Positions 40,343 through 49,614 are shown, numbered from the stretch's first letter. The stretch is DNA of 64,000 nt from Pseudomonadota bacterium (GCA_038746545.1 JBCDKN010000011.1:19295-83294), one strand, 5' to 3'. Notes: a model not told the origin generated them from the sequence alone. A program made the numbers and translations.

Positions 40343-40872
40343 CCGGCGTGACCCTGCATATCCCGACGCTCACGACCGAGCGCCTGAGCCTGCGCGCACC
40401 ACGCCCCGAGGATGCTGCCGCCTATGGCGCGTTCCTCGAGAGCCCGCGCTCGGCGGGCGTGGGGGGCCCGTTCAAGGCCTCGGATGCGTTTGACCGGATG
40501 TGCAACACCGTGGGGCATTGGCACTTGCGCGGCTATGGGCGCTGGATCATCGCGGATCGCGAGACCGATGCCGCACTCGGCATCTGCGGCCCCTATTGTC
40601 CGGAAACATGGCCCGAGCCCGAGATCGCCTGGACCGTCTTCGGCGGTGCCGAAGGCCGAGGCATCGCGTTCGAAGCCGTCAGCGTAGCGCGCCGCTGGGC
40701 CTATGAAACACTGGGCTGGGATCGCCCGATCAGCCTGATCATCGACGGCAACACCCGCTCCTTTGCACTGGCCGAACGGCTTGGCTGCCGTCAGGACGGG
40801 ATCTATGAAAGCCCCCTCTACGGCGCCATGCAGGTCTGGCGCCATCCCGCTCGGGCGGAGGTGCTCGTATGA
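40339..40872 (+). CDS. GNAT N-acetyltransferase, RimJ/RimL-like (array copy 2)
   Basis: LTTERLSLR, GHWHLRGYGRW, WPEPEIAW, EGRGIAFEA, NTRS..LAERLG; ATGA overlap. Confidence 0.9.
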   Translation: MTGVTLHIPTLTTERLSLRAPRPEDAAAYGAFLESPRSAGVGGPFKASDAFDRMCNTVGHWHLRGYGRWIIADRETDAALGICGPYCPETWPEPEIAWTVFGGAEGRGIAFEAVSVARRWAYETLGWDRPISLIIDGNTRSFALAERLGCRQDGIYESPLYGAMQVWRHPARAEVLV

Positions 40873-41384
40873 TGACCCTGACGACCGAGCGTCTGACCCT
40901 GCGCCCGCCCAGTCCGGCGGATGTGCCCGCACTGACCGAGTTCTATCGCTCAGAACGGTCGCAATATGCGGGCGGAAACGTGCCCCACAGCAAAGCTTGG
41001 AGCAATGCGGTGGCCATGCTCGGCCATTGGCAGGTGCGGGGCTACGGGCTCTGGGCTGTGACCGAAACCGGTGACGACACCGCGTTAGGCCTTGTCGGCC
41101 CCTACTTTCCCGATGGCCGTCCGGAGACCGAACTCGGCTGGGTTCTGTTCGCGGTGGCCGAAGGCCGCGGCATCGCACAAGAGGCCGCCCTGGCGGCCCG
41201 CGCAGATGCCCGTTCCCGTCTCGGCTGGACCGAGATCGTCAGCTATATCGACGCGCGCAATACCCGCTCCATCGCGCTGGCAGAACGCTTGGGCGCAGTG
41301 GCGGACGCAGACGCCGCACAGCCCAAACCGGATGATCCCTGCCTGATCTTCCGCCACCCGGCTGACGCAGGAGGGACCGCATGA
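40869..41384 (+). CDS. GNAT N-acetyltransferase, RimJ/RimL-like (array copy 3)
   Basis: LTTERLTLR, GHWQVRGYGLW, PETELGW, EGRGIAQEA, NTRSIALAERLG; ATGA overlap. Confidence 0.9.
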   Translation: MMTLTTERLTLRPPSPADVPALTEFYRSERSQYAGGNVPHSKAWSNAVAMLGHWQVRGYGLWAVTETGDDTALGLVGPYFPDGRPETELGWVLFAVAEGRGIAQEAALAARADARSRLGWTEIVSYIDARNTRSIALAERLGAVADADAAQPKPDDPCLIFRHPADAGGTA

Positions 41385-41917
41385 CCCTCCTGACCACGGA
41401 TCGCCTGATCTTGCGCCCGCCCGCAGCTCAGGATTTCGACGGCTACCGCGATTTCTACCTGTCGGACCGCTCCCGCTTTGCCCATGGCCCCCTGAGCGAG
41501 ACCGAAGCGTGGTACGCCTTCTGTGTCGAAATGGCCCATTGGCCCATGCGCAGCTATGGCATGTTCACCGTGCTGGCCCAAACCGATCCGGACACACCGA
41601 TCGGCCTCATCGGCCCGTGGCATCCCGCCGACTGGCCCGAGCGCGAGATCGGCTGGCTTCTCTGGGACGGTCATGAGGGCAAGGGTTATGCCGATGAAGC
41701 CGCCCGCGCCTGCCTGATCCACGCCTTCGGGCATCTCGGCTGGGACAGCGCCGTCAGCTACATCCACCCCGAGAACACGGCCTCCGCCAATCTGGCCGAG
41801 CGTCTCGGGGCGGAGATCGACCCTGAGGCCACCCCCGCCAAACCCAACCTGACCGTCTGGCGCCACAGCCGGACCTATTGGGTTGGCGAAGGCGCTGAAC
41901 CAGGGGGGGCAGCGTAA
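41381..41917 (+). CDS. GNAT N-acetyltransferase, RimJ/RimL-like (array copy 4)
   Basis: LTTDRLILR, HWPMRSYGMF, WPEREIGW, EGKGYADEA, NTAS..LAERLG; ATGA overlap. Confidence 0.9.
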   Translation: MTLLTTDRLILRPPAAQDFDGYRDFYLSDRSRFAHGPLSETEAWYAFCVEMAHWPMRSYGMFTVLAQTDPDTPIGLIGPWHPADWPEREIGWLLWDGHEGKGYADEAARACLIHAFGHLGWDSAVSYIHPENTASANLAERLGAEIDPEATPAKPNLTVWRHSRTYWVGEGAEPGGAA

Positions 41918-42519
41918 TGGGCCATCGCGACATCCCCATGCTGGAAACCCAGCGCCTCTCCCTGCGTGGCCCGGACCCGCAGGACTACCCGAATTTCAAG
42001 GCGACCTTCGCCTCCTACCGCTCGCGCTTCATGGGCGGTCCGCTGAACCCCTACGAGACCTGGATGCTCTACGCTGCCGAGATCGGCCACTGGGAAATCC
42101 GCGGCTTCGGCATGTGGATGATCCACGACAAAGCTACCGACGAGACCTATGGCATGGCCGGCGGCTGGCAGCCCGCGAAATGGCCTGAGCGCGAAATCGC
42201 CTGGATCATCTGGCCCGAGAAATCCGGAAAGGGCTTTGCGCTAGAGGCCACCCATGCCTGCCGTACCTACTTCTATGCGCAAGGCTGGGACGGCGCGGTC
42301 AGCTATCTCGACCCCATGGATCTCGACAGCATCCGGCTGGCCGAGCGCCTCGGCGCGGTCAAGGACAAAACGGCCGCCACCGTGGCCGGGGACGACGTGG
42401 TTTACCGCCACCCCAGCCCGGACGCCCTGCGCGACAGCCAGCTCGCCCATGGCATCGAGATGGAGATCGGCCACTACGCCGATCCGCTCTTCAAACCGAA
42501 AGGATACGCGCTTGACTGA
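41917..42519 (+). CDS. GNAT N-acetyltransferase, RimJ/RimL-like (array copy 5)
   Basis: LETQRLSLR, GHWEIRGFGMW, WPEREIAW, GKGFALEA, DLDSIRLAERLG; TAATG overlap; C-terminal extension. Confidence 0.9.
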   Translation: MGHRDIPMLETQRLSLRGPDPQDYPNFKATFASYRSRFMGGPLNPYETWMLYAAEIGHWEIRGFGMWMIHDKATDETYGMAGGWQPAKWPEREIAWIIWPEKSGKGFALEATHACRTYFYAQGWDGAVSYLDPMDLDSIRLAERLGAVKDKTAATVAGDDVVYRHPSPDALRDSQLAHGIEMEIGHYADPLFKPKGYALD

Positions 42520-42808
42520 CGCCGTGACCCGCGCCGCAGCCGTGCTCGCCGAGCACCGCGACAGCATCGATCGCCTCGATGCCATCCTCGTCTTCACCCT
42601 GGCCGAGCGCTTTGCTCATACCCAGGCCGTGGGCAAGCTGAAGGCCGAGCATGACCTGCCGCCCTCGGATCCTGCCCGCGAGGAGAAACAGATCGCACGC
42701 CTGTCAGAGCTGGCCAAAATGGCCGATCTCGACCCCGACTTCGCCAAGAAGTTCCTGAATTTCATCATTCAGGAAGTCATCCAACACCACAAACAACACC
42801 AATCCTGA
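42512..42808 (+). CDS. Chorismate mutase (AroQ/CM_2 domain)
   Basis: RDSIDRLD..L..TLAERF, VGKLK, DPARE; TTG start after AAGGA, 8-nt overlap with GNAT5. Confidence 0.9.
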   Translation: MTDAVTRAAAVLAEHRDSIDRLDAILVFTLAERFAHTQAVGKLKAEHDLPPSDPAREEKQIARLSELAKMADLDPDFAKKFLNFIIQEVIQHHKQHQS

Positions 42809-42848
42809 ACTCCGGTTCAGACAGAAGAAACTCTAGGAGAACAACACC

Positions 42849-43226
42849 ATGGCAATGAAAATCCGGCTCGCCCGCGGCGGTTCCAAAAAGCGTCCCTTCT
42901 ACCGCATCGTGGCCTCCGACAGCCGCATGCCCCGCGACGGCCGCTTCATTGAGAAGCTCGGCACCTATAACCCGCTCCTGCCCAAGGATAGCGAAGAGCG
43001 CGTGAAGATGGACATGGAGCGCGTGCAGTACTGGCTGGGCGAAGGCGCCAAGCCGACCGACCGGATCGCCCGCATGCTCGAAGCCGCAGGCACCCTGCCC
43101 AAGACCGAGCGCTCGAACCCCAAGAAAGCCGTGCCGGGCAAGAAAGCTCAGGAACGCGCCGAAGAGAAAGCCGCCAAGGCCGCAGAAGCTGCCGAAGCCG
43201 CAACTGAAGAAGCCGCAGCCGAATAA
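42849..43226 (+). CDS. rpsP: 30S ribosomal protein S16
   Basis: [30 protein letters not shown]. Confidence 0.98.
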   Translation: MAMKIRLARGGSKKRPFYRIVASDSRMPRDGRFIEKLGTYNPLLPKDSEERVKMDMERVQYWLGEGAKPTDRIARMLEAAGTLPKTERSNPKKAVPGKKAQERAEEKAAKAAEAAEAATEEAAAE

Positions 43227-43245
43227 TCGGCACGGCCCTTCGCCC

Positions 43246-43881
43246 GTGACCGCGCGCAGCTTCACGCCCGAGTTCCGGGCGGAACTGACCGAGTTGATGC
43301 GTTGGCGGCGCGATGTGCGCCGCTTTCGCACCGATCCGGTGCCCGAGCCTCTGCTCGCGCGCTGCCTCGATGCGCTGCGACTGGCCCCCTCAGTGGGCCT
43401 GTCCGAGCCGTGGCGCGTACTGCGGGTGAACAGTCCCGAGGCCCGCGCGGCGGCGGCGGCGAATTTTGCCAAGGCCAATGCCGCAGCGCTTGAGGGTCAA
43501 GACGGGGACCGGGCAGCACGCTATGCGGCGCTCAAGCTTTCGGGGATGGATGCAGCCCCCGTGCAGCTTGCGGTCTATTGCGACACGAACCCGCCCAAAG
43601 GGGCGGGTCTCGGCGCGGCCAGCATGCCGCAAATGCGCCAATACTCCGTGGTGGCAGGGGTTACCATGATGTGGCTCACTGCCCGGGCCGAGGGGCTGGG
43701 ACTGGGCTGGGTCTCAATCCTCGATGCGGACCGGCTGGCGCGGGACCTCGACGTCCCAACAACATGGGATCTGATCGGCTATTTCTGCCTCGGCTGGCCC
43801 GAGCAGGAAGCTGACAGCCCGGAATTGGAACGCGCGGGGTGGGAAACACGCGCCAACACTTTGGATTTGGAGGTCCGCTGA
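43246..43881 (+). CDS. bluB: 5,6-dimethylbenzimidazole synthase
   Basis: WRRDVRRF, APSVGLSEPWR, Y..LKLSG, LGLGWVSI. Confidence 0.93.
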   Translation: MTARSFTPEFRAELTELMRWRRDVRRFRTDPVPEPLLARCLDALRLAPSVGLSEPWRVLRVNSPEARAAAAANFAKANAAALEGQDGDRAARYAALKLSGMDAAPVQLAVYCDTNPPKGAGLGAASMPQMRQYSVVAGVTMMWLTARAEGLGLGWVSILDADRLARDLDVPTTWDLIGYFCLGWPEQEADSPELERAGWETRANTLDLEVR

Positions 43882-43882
43882 G

Positions 43883-44347
43883 ATGGCACGGTATTGGATT
43901 GGATTGGCCGAGCGCGACAGCGTGCATGCGGCGGTGGCAAATGGCGTCTGCGTCTTTTCCGGGGGCAAAGTTTCGCCCGTTCGCAAGCTCGAGCCTGGCG
44001 ATGGCATTCTCTATTACTCGCCCCATGAAAGCGCAGGCGGTGCCGCGCTGGAATGCTTCACCGCCGTGGGCGAGGTGGTTGATGACACACCCTGGACCCA
44101 GAACTGGACGCAGATCTGTGCCGGGGGGCCCTATTGGACTCAGGGGGCTGCCCGCGACAGTGGCCTGACCTGGGTGCGGCGCTGCGACTATGACGCGGTG
44201 GGCGAGGTCTCCGTTCGCCCGCTCCTCTCGGCTCTGCGTTTCGTGGCGCAACCGCGCCACTGGGGCCGAACGTTCCATCGCGGCCAGATGGAGATCGGGG
44301 CCGAAGATTTCTTTCGTATCGCCGACCGCCTGCGGGCGGTTGCCTGA
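43883..44347 (+). CDS. EVE domain (PUA-like) protein
   Basis: [26 protein letters not shown]......WG..F..G..EI...DF..I. Confidence 0.8.
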   Translation: MARYWIGLAERDSVHAAVANGVCVFSGGKVSPVRKLEPGDGILYYSPHESAGGAALECFTAVGEVVDDTPWTQNWTQICAGGPYWTQGAARDSGLTWVRRCDYDAVGEVSVRPLLSALRFVAQPRHWGRTFHRGQMEIGAEDFFRIADRLRAVA

Positions 44348-44356
44348 GGCGGCGGG

Positions 44357-44503
44357 GTGACCAAGACCGTGATCCTTCTGGTGTTCGGCGCGAGCATCTA
44401 TATCGGCATGCAGTTCGAACAACGCCTCGCTTCCGATCGCTGCGTGGCCGCTGGCGGCGCTCCCGATGCGCGCGGCGTCTGCACCGGAGTACCGGCGCAA
44501 TGA
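44357..44503 (+). CDS. Small single-TM protein (48 aa), below the ORF-track cutoff
   Basis: GTG..TGA gives [48 protein letters not shown]; ATGA overlap with rimM. Confidence 0.7.
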   Translation: MTKTVILLVFGASIYIGMQFEQRLASDRCVAAGGAPDARGVCTGVPAQ

Positions 44504-45009
44504 AGAAACGCAAGGATCTGACCTGCGTCGGCGCGATTGCCGGAGCGTTCGGTGTGCGCGGTGAGGTCCGCCTCAAGAGCTTCTGCGCCGTGCCCGAGGA
44601 TATCGCCGACTACACACCGCTCAGCTTCGAGGATGGCCGCGAAGTGACCCTGCGCCTCACGGGGCAGATCAAGAACGGCCTGTCCGCACGGCTCTCTGGC
44701 GTGGGCAATAAGGAGGCAGCGGATGCCCTGCGCGGCACACGACTGTACGTCCCGCGCGACCGGCTGCCCCACCTGCCCGACGACGAATACTATCATACGG
44801 ACCTGATCGGTCTGGCGGTCCATGACACGGGCGGCACCCATTTGGGCAAGGTCACGGCGGTGCATAACCATGGCGCGGGCGACCTGCTGGAGGTCAAGGG
44901 TCCCCTAGCCAAAGGTCCGGTGCTGATCCCCTTTACCCTGGCTATCGTGCCGACTGTGGACCTGCGGGCCGGGCGCATCGTCGCCGACCCGCCCGAGGGG
45001 CTCTTCTAG
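44500..45009 (+). CDS. rimM: Ribosome maturation factor RimM
   Basis: [32 protein letters not shown]. Confidence 0.96.
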   Translation: MKKRKDLTCVGAIAGAFGVRGEVRLKSFCAVPEDIADYTPLSFEDGREVTLRLTGQIKNGLSARLSGVGNKEAADALRGTRLYVPRDRLPHLPDDEYYHTDLIGLAVHDTGGTHLGKVTAVHNHGAGDLLEVKGPLAKGPVLIPFTLAIVPTVDLRAGRIVADPPEGLF

Positions 45010-45084
45010 TCCAACCCGCTCTGCAGTACCCGTATCACAGCGCACGTCCGCGCGGTCCTGACTGGGACCGTGCCGCAGAAAACG

Positions 45085-46074
45085 CTATCCTGCCGCAAGA
45101 CAGGTCGCAGCCCTCTGCAGCTGCACCAAACGCTCCTGCTGGAAGGCACTGCGTTTGCCGCCCGTCGAGGGCAACGCCGCCCAATCCTGCAGAACGCGGC
45201 AACGACAGAGAAACAATAGACAGGGATCCGCAGCCAGATCCGCGCCATACCCCTCAGAGAGCGCCGCGAGATCCTCTGGCGGCACCCCGGATCTCGAATC
45301 CAAAGTCCGTTCTCCGGCGAAGCGCGCGCCCAGATCCACGATCAGCCGGGCGAGGTCGTAAACTGTTGGCGCCTCCTTATCATGCATGAAGTCAATCAGC
45401 GTGGCGCGGTTTGCCGACAGGATCATGTTGCGGGCGTGCAGATCCCCATGCTGGGCCGCGAGCGTCACCACGCCCCCTTTCGCCGCCGACGCGGCCTCGG
45501 GCAGGCTGTCGACCAGAACCGCAAAGAGATCCGGATCCACGATCGCCAGCTGCCCGGCCAGCGCCTTGCGGGCGAGCCGTTCCATGTAGTCGACCATCCG
45601 CGCCGGGTTGAACGGCTTCTCCCCCACCGCCGTCGCATCGTAATAGGCTCGCAGGGCTGCACCTGCCCGGCTAAGCAGCGCCCCCCGCTGATCCGCCTTG
45701 TCGTACTTCAGCAAGAGGTGATCCTGAAGGGTCCGCCCGATCACATAGTCCTGAATGGTCGACAAACTGCTGGCATCCTCGGCTAGAATGGCCGCTGGTG
45801 CATGGACCTTGTCCCCACGCAACGCCCGCACCGCGCGGCGCTGACCCGCCAGCCCCTCGGCCCAGCGTGCCGGATCTGCCGGCGCGAAAATCCGCTTGAA
45901 GACAAGGTTGCGCCCGTCCGGCCCGGTCATGCGCATCACGATCCGGACCCGTCCCGAATCCTCGCGCCGCCAAAGCTCCTCCCCGCTGAAAGCCGTGGGA
46001 TCGAGCCCAGCAAAGGGCGCGAGTTGCTGCCAACTGCCCAGGGCCGATGCCATCATGCGGTCGTCTCGGGTCAT
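45085..46074 (-). CDS. APH/choline-kinase-like phosphotransferase
   Basis: LVFK (ATP-binding Lys), Brenner motif HGDLHARN, LIDF, YDLARL. Confidence 0.8.
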   Translation of the reverse strand: MTRDDRMMASALGSWQQLAPFAGLDPTAFSGEELWRREDSGRVRIVMRMTGPDGRNLVFKRIFAPADPARWAEGLAGQRRAVRALRGDKVHAPAAILAEDASSLSTIQDYVIGRTLQDHLLLKYDKADQRGALLSRAGAALRAYYDATAVGEKPFNPARMVDYMERLARKALAGQLAIVDPDLFAVLVDSLPEAASAAKGGVVTLAAQHGDLHARNMILSANRATLIDFMHDKEAPTVYDLARLIVDLGARFAGERTLDSRSGVPPEDLAALSEGYGADLAADPCLLFLCRCRVLQDWAALPSTGGKRSAFQQERLVQLQRAATCLAAG

Positions 46075-46163
46075 GCCTGTCTCCGGTTCGCGGCGCCCAC
46101 CATACGGGCCCTTGCGCGCAAAATGCCTTGCAGGTTGCTAAACATTGATTAAACCGCCCGAAC

Positions 46164-47009
46164 ATGACCAATCCACCCACCACGCCGCCCAGCCGCTCCC
46201 ATGGCACCAAAAGCATTTCGCTCTCGGCGCAACCGACCGACCTGATGGCCCCGCGCCAGCGCAAGCCCGGGGCCTGGACGGCCAAGGTGATCACGCTCTT
46301 TCCCAAAGCCTTTCCCGGCGTGCTCGGCGAGAGCCTGACCGGAAAGGCGCTGGACGAGGGCCTCTGGGCGCTGGCAACCCTCGACCTGCGCAGTTTCGGC
46401 GTCGGCAAGCACCGGAATGTGGATGATACACCCGCCGGTGGCGGCGCGGGCATGGTCCTGCGCCCGGATGTGCTGGGCCGCGCACTCGGTTCCGCAGCGT
46501 CTGGCACGCCAGAGGACCGGCAGAAATGGCCGGTAGTTTATCTCAGCCCCCGTGGCGCGCCCTTCACCCAAGCGCGCGCCCAGAGCTGGGCCAACGCCGA
46601 AGGGATCACCCTGCTCTGCGGTCGGTTCGAGGGCGTGGACGAGCGCGTGATCGAGGAATTCGGTATAGAAGAGGTCTCGCTCGGGGACTTTGTTCTCACC
46701 GGCGGCGAGATTGCAGCACAAGCCTTGATTGACGCCACAGTCCGACTTATACCGCGCGTGCTTGGGAATCAGGCGTCCACGGAGGAGGAGTCCTTCTCCA
46801 ACGGCCTCCTGGAACACCCGCAATACACACGACCCGCTGTCTGGAAGGGACGCGAGATACCCGGGATTCTCCTTTCGGGCCATCACGCGAAGATCACTGA
46901 CTGGCGCCGGGACATGGCCGAAAGGCTGACCAAAGAACGCCGCCCTGACCTCTGGCGGGCATATTGTGAAGCCCACGATATGGACCCGGACGGAGACCAA
47001 GAGCTCTAG
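46164..47009 (+). CDS. trmD: tRNA (guanine-N1)-methyltransferase
   Basis: ITLFP, VDDTPAGGGAGMV, CGRFEGVDERV, GDFVLTGGE, LLEHPQYTRP. Confidence 0.97.
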   Translation: MTNPPTTPPSRSHGTKSISLSAQPTDLMAPRQRKPGAWTAKVITLFPKAFPGVLGESLTGKALDEGLWALATLDLRSFGVGKHRNVDDTPAGGGAGMVLRPDVLGRALGSAASGTPEDRQKWPVVYLSPRGAPFTQARAQSWANAEGITLLCGRFEGVDERVIEEFGIEEVSLGDFVLTGGEIAAQALIDATVRLIPRVLGNQASTEEESFSNGLLEHPQYTRPAVWKGREIPGILLSGHHAKITDWRRDMAERLTKERRPDLWRAYCEAHDMDPDGDQEL

Positions 47010-47059
47010 GGGCAGCCCCACGTCGCGGAACAACCGCGCTTATATAGGAGTCAGGGCCA

Positions 47060-47434
47060 ATGAACCTGATTGCACAGCTTGAAGCCGAGCAGATCGAAGC
47101 GCTCGGCAAGGACATTCCGGATTTCAAGGCCGGTGACACGGTCCGCGTCGGTTACAAGGTGACCGAAGGCACCCGTAGCCGCGTCCAAAACTACGAAGGC
47201 GTCTGCATCGCCCGCAAAGGCGGCGATGGCATTGCAGCCTCGTTCACCGTCCGCAAGATCAGCTTCGGCGAAGGTGTGGAGCGTGTGTTCCCCCTGCATT
47301 CGACCAATATCGACAGCATCACCGTGGTGCGTCGCGGCAAGGTCCGTCGCGCCAAGCTCTACTACCTGCGCGCCCGTCGCGGGAAGTCTGCGCGTATCGC
47401 AGAGCAGACCAACTACAAGCCGAAATCGAACTGA
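47060..47434 (+). CDS. rplS: 50S ribosomal protein L19
   Basis: [34 protein letters not shown]. Confidence 0.98.
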   Translation: MNLIAQLEAEQIEALGKDIPDFKAGDTVRVGYKVTEGTRSRVQNYEGVCIARKGGDGIAASFTVRKISFGEGVERVFPLHSTNIDSITVVRRGKVRRAKLYYLRARRGKSARIAEQTNYKPKSN

Positions 47435-47445
47435 GGGCCGTAGAG

Positions 47446-47667
47446 ATGAAAAAAGACACCCATCCCGAGTACCACATCATCGACGTCAAGATGACCGACG
47501 GCACCGTGGTGCAGATGCGCTCCACCTGGGGCAACGAGGGCGACCAGCTGGCTCTGGACATCGATCCCTCCGTGCACCCGGCCTGGACCGGCGGCACCTC
47601 GCGCCTGCTGGATACCGGCGGCCGCGTATCGAAGTTCAAGAAGAAATACGAAGGCCTCGGCTTCTAA
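47446..47667 (+). CDS. rpmE: 50S ribosomal protein L31 (Cys-free form)
   Basis: [26 protein letters not shown]. Confidence 0.97.
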   Translation: MKKDTHPEYHIIDVKMTDGTVVQMRSTWGNEGDQLALDIDPSVHPAWTGGTSRLLDTGGRVSKFKKKYEGLGF

Positions 47668-47690
47668 ACCCTGCCCCTTCGACAAGCTTC

Positions 47691-47717
47691 AAGGCGCGCC
47701 CCATGGCGCGCCTTTTT
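47691..47717 (+). terminator. Intrinsic terminator after rpmE
   Basis: AAGGCGCGCC-CCAT-GGCGCGCCTT then TTT. Confidence 0.85.
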
Positions 47718-48100
47718 CGTTTCGACCTCTGTTCGCGTGATGCTGGAGGAACGCGTGAGACCGGGTGTGAGGCCTTTCCGATCCGAGGCGCTCAGTAAGA
47801 GTGTCGGTGAGCATAGGGCAACCACCGGGCAGGCCCCCGGATGATGCTCCGCTCTTCGAAAGCTACGCAGAATCGCAGTCTGTGGACCCCTATTGCCATT
47901 CTTGCGCCCCTGCAGGTGCCGCGATTTCAACGATCCGCGCCATGGTTAACCAAAAAGCAAAGAGCGCCATGGCATGACTTTGGCCAATGACGCCGCAGTT
48001 GGCGGATTGTCGCCGTTTTGGGATTCCAAACCGGGAAGTAGCTGAATACTGTGCGCGCTATCCGGCGGCGCACAGGCACGTCGAGAAGAAGGGTCGCGCA

Positions 48101-48910
48101 GTGGCACATATCATCGTCTTCGGCAACGAAAAGGGCGGCTCGGGCAAGTCGAGCACTTGCATGCATGTGGCCACCGCGCTCGCGCGCATGGGGCACCGGG
48201 TCGGCGGGGTTGATCTGGACTTGCGCCAACGCAGCTTTGGCCGCTATCTGGAAAACCGCGCCGCGACCTGCGCCCGCGAGGAGGTTGTGCTGCCGCTGCC
48301 GACGCTGATCGAGCTGCCGCAGATCGATCAGGCCAGCCTGCCCGAGGGCGAGAACATCTGGGACTACCGGCTGAGCGCGGCCGTCTCTTCTCTGGAAGAA
48401 GAGTGCGATTTTGTCGTGATTGACTGCCCGGGCTCCCATACGCGCCTGAGCCAAGTGGCGCATTCGTTGGCCGATACGCTGATCACGCCGCTGAACGATT
48501 CCTATGTGGATTTCGACATGCTGGCCCGGATCGATCCAACCACGAACAAGGTTCTGGGACCGTCTGTCTATTCCGAGATGGTCTGGAGCGCGCGGCAGCT
48601 ACGCGCCCGTGCCGGTCTGCCGCCGATCGACTGGATTGTGCTGCGCAACCGTCTCGGCACGCAATACATGCATAACAAGAAGAAGATCGGCGACGCTCTA
48701 CAGGATCTGAGCAAGCGGATCGGGTGCCGCGTGGCGCCGGGCTTCTCCGAGCGGGTTATCTTTCGCGAGCTGTTTCCGCGGGGGCTGACCCTGCTGGATT
48801 TGCGCGACATTGGCATCGCCCAGCTCAACATGTCTAATGTGGCCGCCCGTCAGGAGTTGCGCGATCTCATCACCGCGCTGAACCTGCCTGGGGTCGAGGT
48901 GGATTTCTGA
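48101..48910 (+). CDS. mipZ: Division plane positioning ATPase MipZ
   Basis: GNEKGGSGKS, DLDLRQ, IDCPG, TPLNDSYVDFD, ERVIFRELFPRGLTLLD. Confidence 0.93.
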   Translation: MAHIIVFGNEKGGSGKSSTCMHVATALARMGHRVGGVDLDLRQRSFGRYLENRAATCAREEVVLPLPTLIELPQIDQASLPEGENIWDYRLSAAVSSLEEECDFVVIDCPGSHTRLSQVAHSLADTLITPLNDSYVDFDMLARIDPTTNKVLGPSVYSEMVWSARQLRARAGLPPIDWIVLRNRLGTQYMHNKKKIGDALQDLSKRIGCRVAPGFSERVIFRELFPRGLTLLDLRDIGIAQLNMSNVAARQELRDLITALNLPGVEVDF

Positions 48911-48999
48911 GCGTCGCGCCTTTGTCGCGCGCGCCCGGCCCATTCCTGGGACTAGACGTTAGGACGCCCCGTGGACGCCCTCGTCGGAGGCGCAGTTCC

Positions 49000-49614
49000 C
49001 TAGCCGCAGGACAGATTGGTTACATCATTCCACGGGTCGATCTGAATGTTCAGTCGATCCGGGCGGAAATCCATGGTCACAGGACCGAAATAGATGATCC
49101 GCACACTGTCGGCACCTCGGGGCACCAGCGTGGAATTCGGATCGATCGGCTGTCCGATCAGGCCTTCATTGTCCCATGCTCCGCAGGTATCGGCCTCACG
49201 CGGTGTCGTCACGCCCCAGGTCTCGGGATCAGGCTGGAGCGCTTTGCGGATCCAGAAACGCTCCCCCTCGCGGCGCAGACGACCCTGCTCCTTGGGGTCA
49301 AGCTCGTCGCCATAGACCGCGTTGCGCCCCTCGAACGCGTCCATGAGAGCACGCAGCGCCGGCGGAAGCGGCTCCGCCTCCAGCGCCGAGGTGCTGACCG
49401 GCCCCAGTTTGAGGTAGCGGCCCAAACCCGTCAGCCCGCGCTCGGTCGCAGGCCCCACGACCCCATCCACAGGCCCCGGAATGAACCCGTAGAAATGGAG
49501 CGCTGTCTGAATGTCGAACACATCCTCGCGCAGGTTGGACTGCGCCTGCGCGCTCCCTGGCGGCACGATAACCAGCAAACTCACCCATAGCCCGACCACT
49601 ATTGCCCGCAGCAT
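49000..49614 (-). CDS. Secreted protein: peptidoglycan-binding domain plus I78-type peptidase-inhibitor domain
   Basis: Signal peptide (AQA); IQTALHFYGF.PGPVDGVVGPAT; C-terminal DTCGA...VTMDFRPDRLNI...LSCG; AAGGAG RBS. Confidence 0.75.
   Translation of the reverse strand: MLRAIVVGLWVSLLVIVPPGSAQAQSNLREDVFDIQTALHFYGFIPGPVDGVVGPATERGLTGLGRYLKLGPVSTSALEAEPLPPALRALMDAFEGRNAVYGDELDPKEQGRLRREGERFWIRKALQPDPETWGVTTPREADTCGAWDNEGLIGQPIDPNSTLVPRGADSVRIIYFGPVTMDFRPDRLNIQIDPWNDVTNLSCG

Noticed and set aside
41903-41909. G7 tract at the GNAT4/GNAT5 junction (one extra G would fuse them)
   Set aside because: Short for phase variation in a GC-rich genome and may simply serve as the GNAT5 RBS
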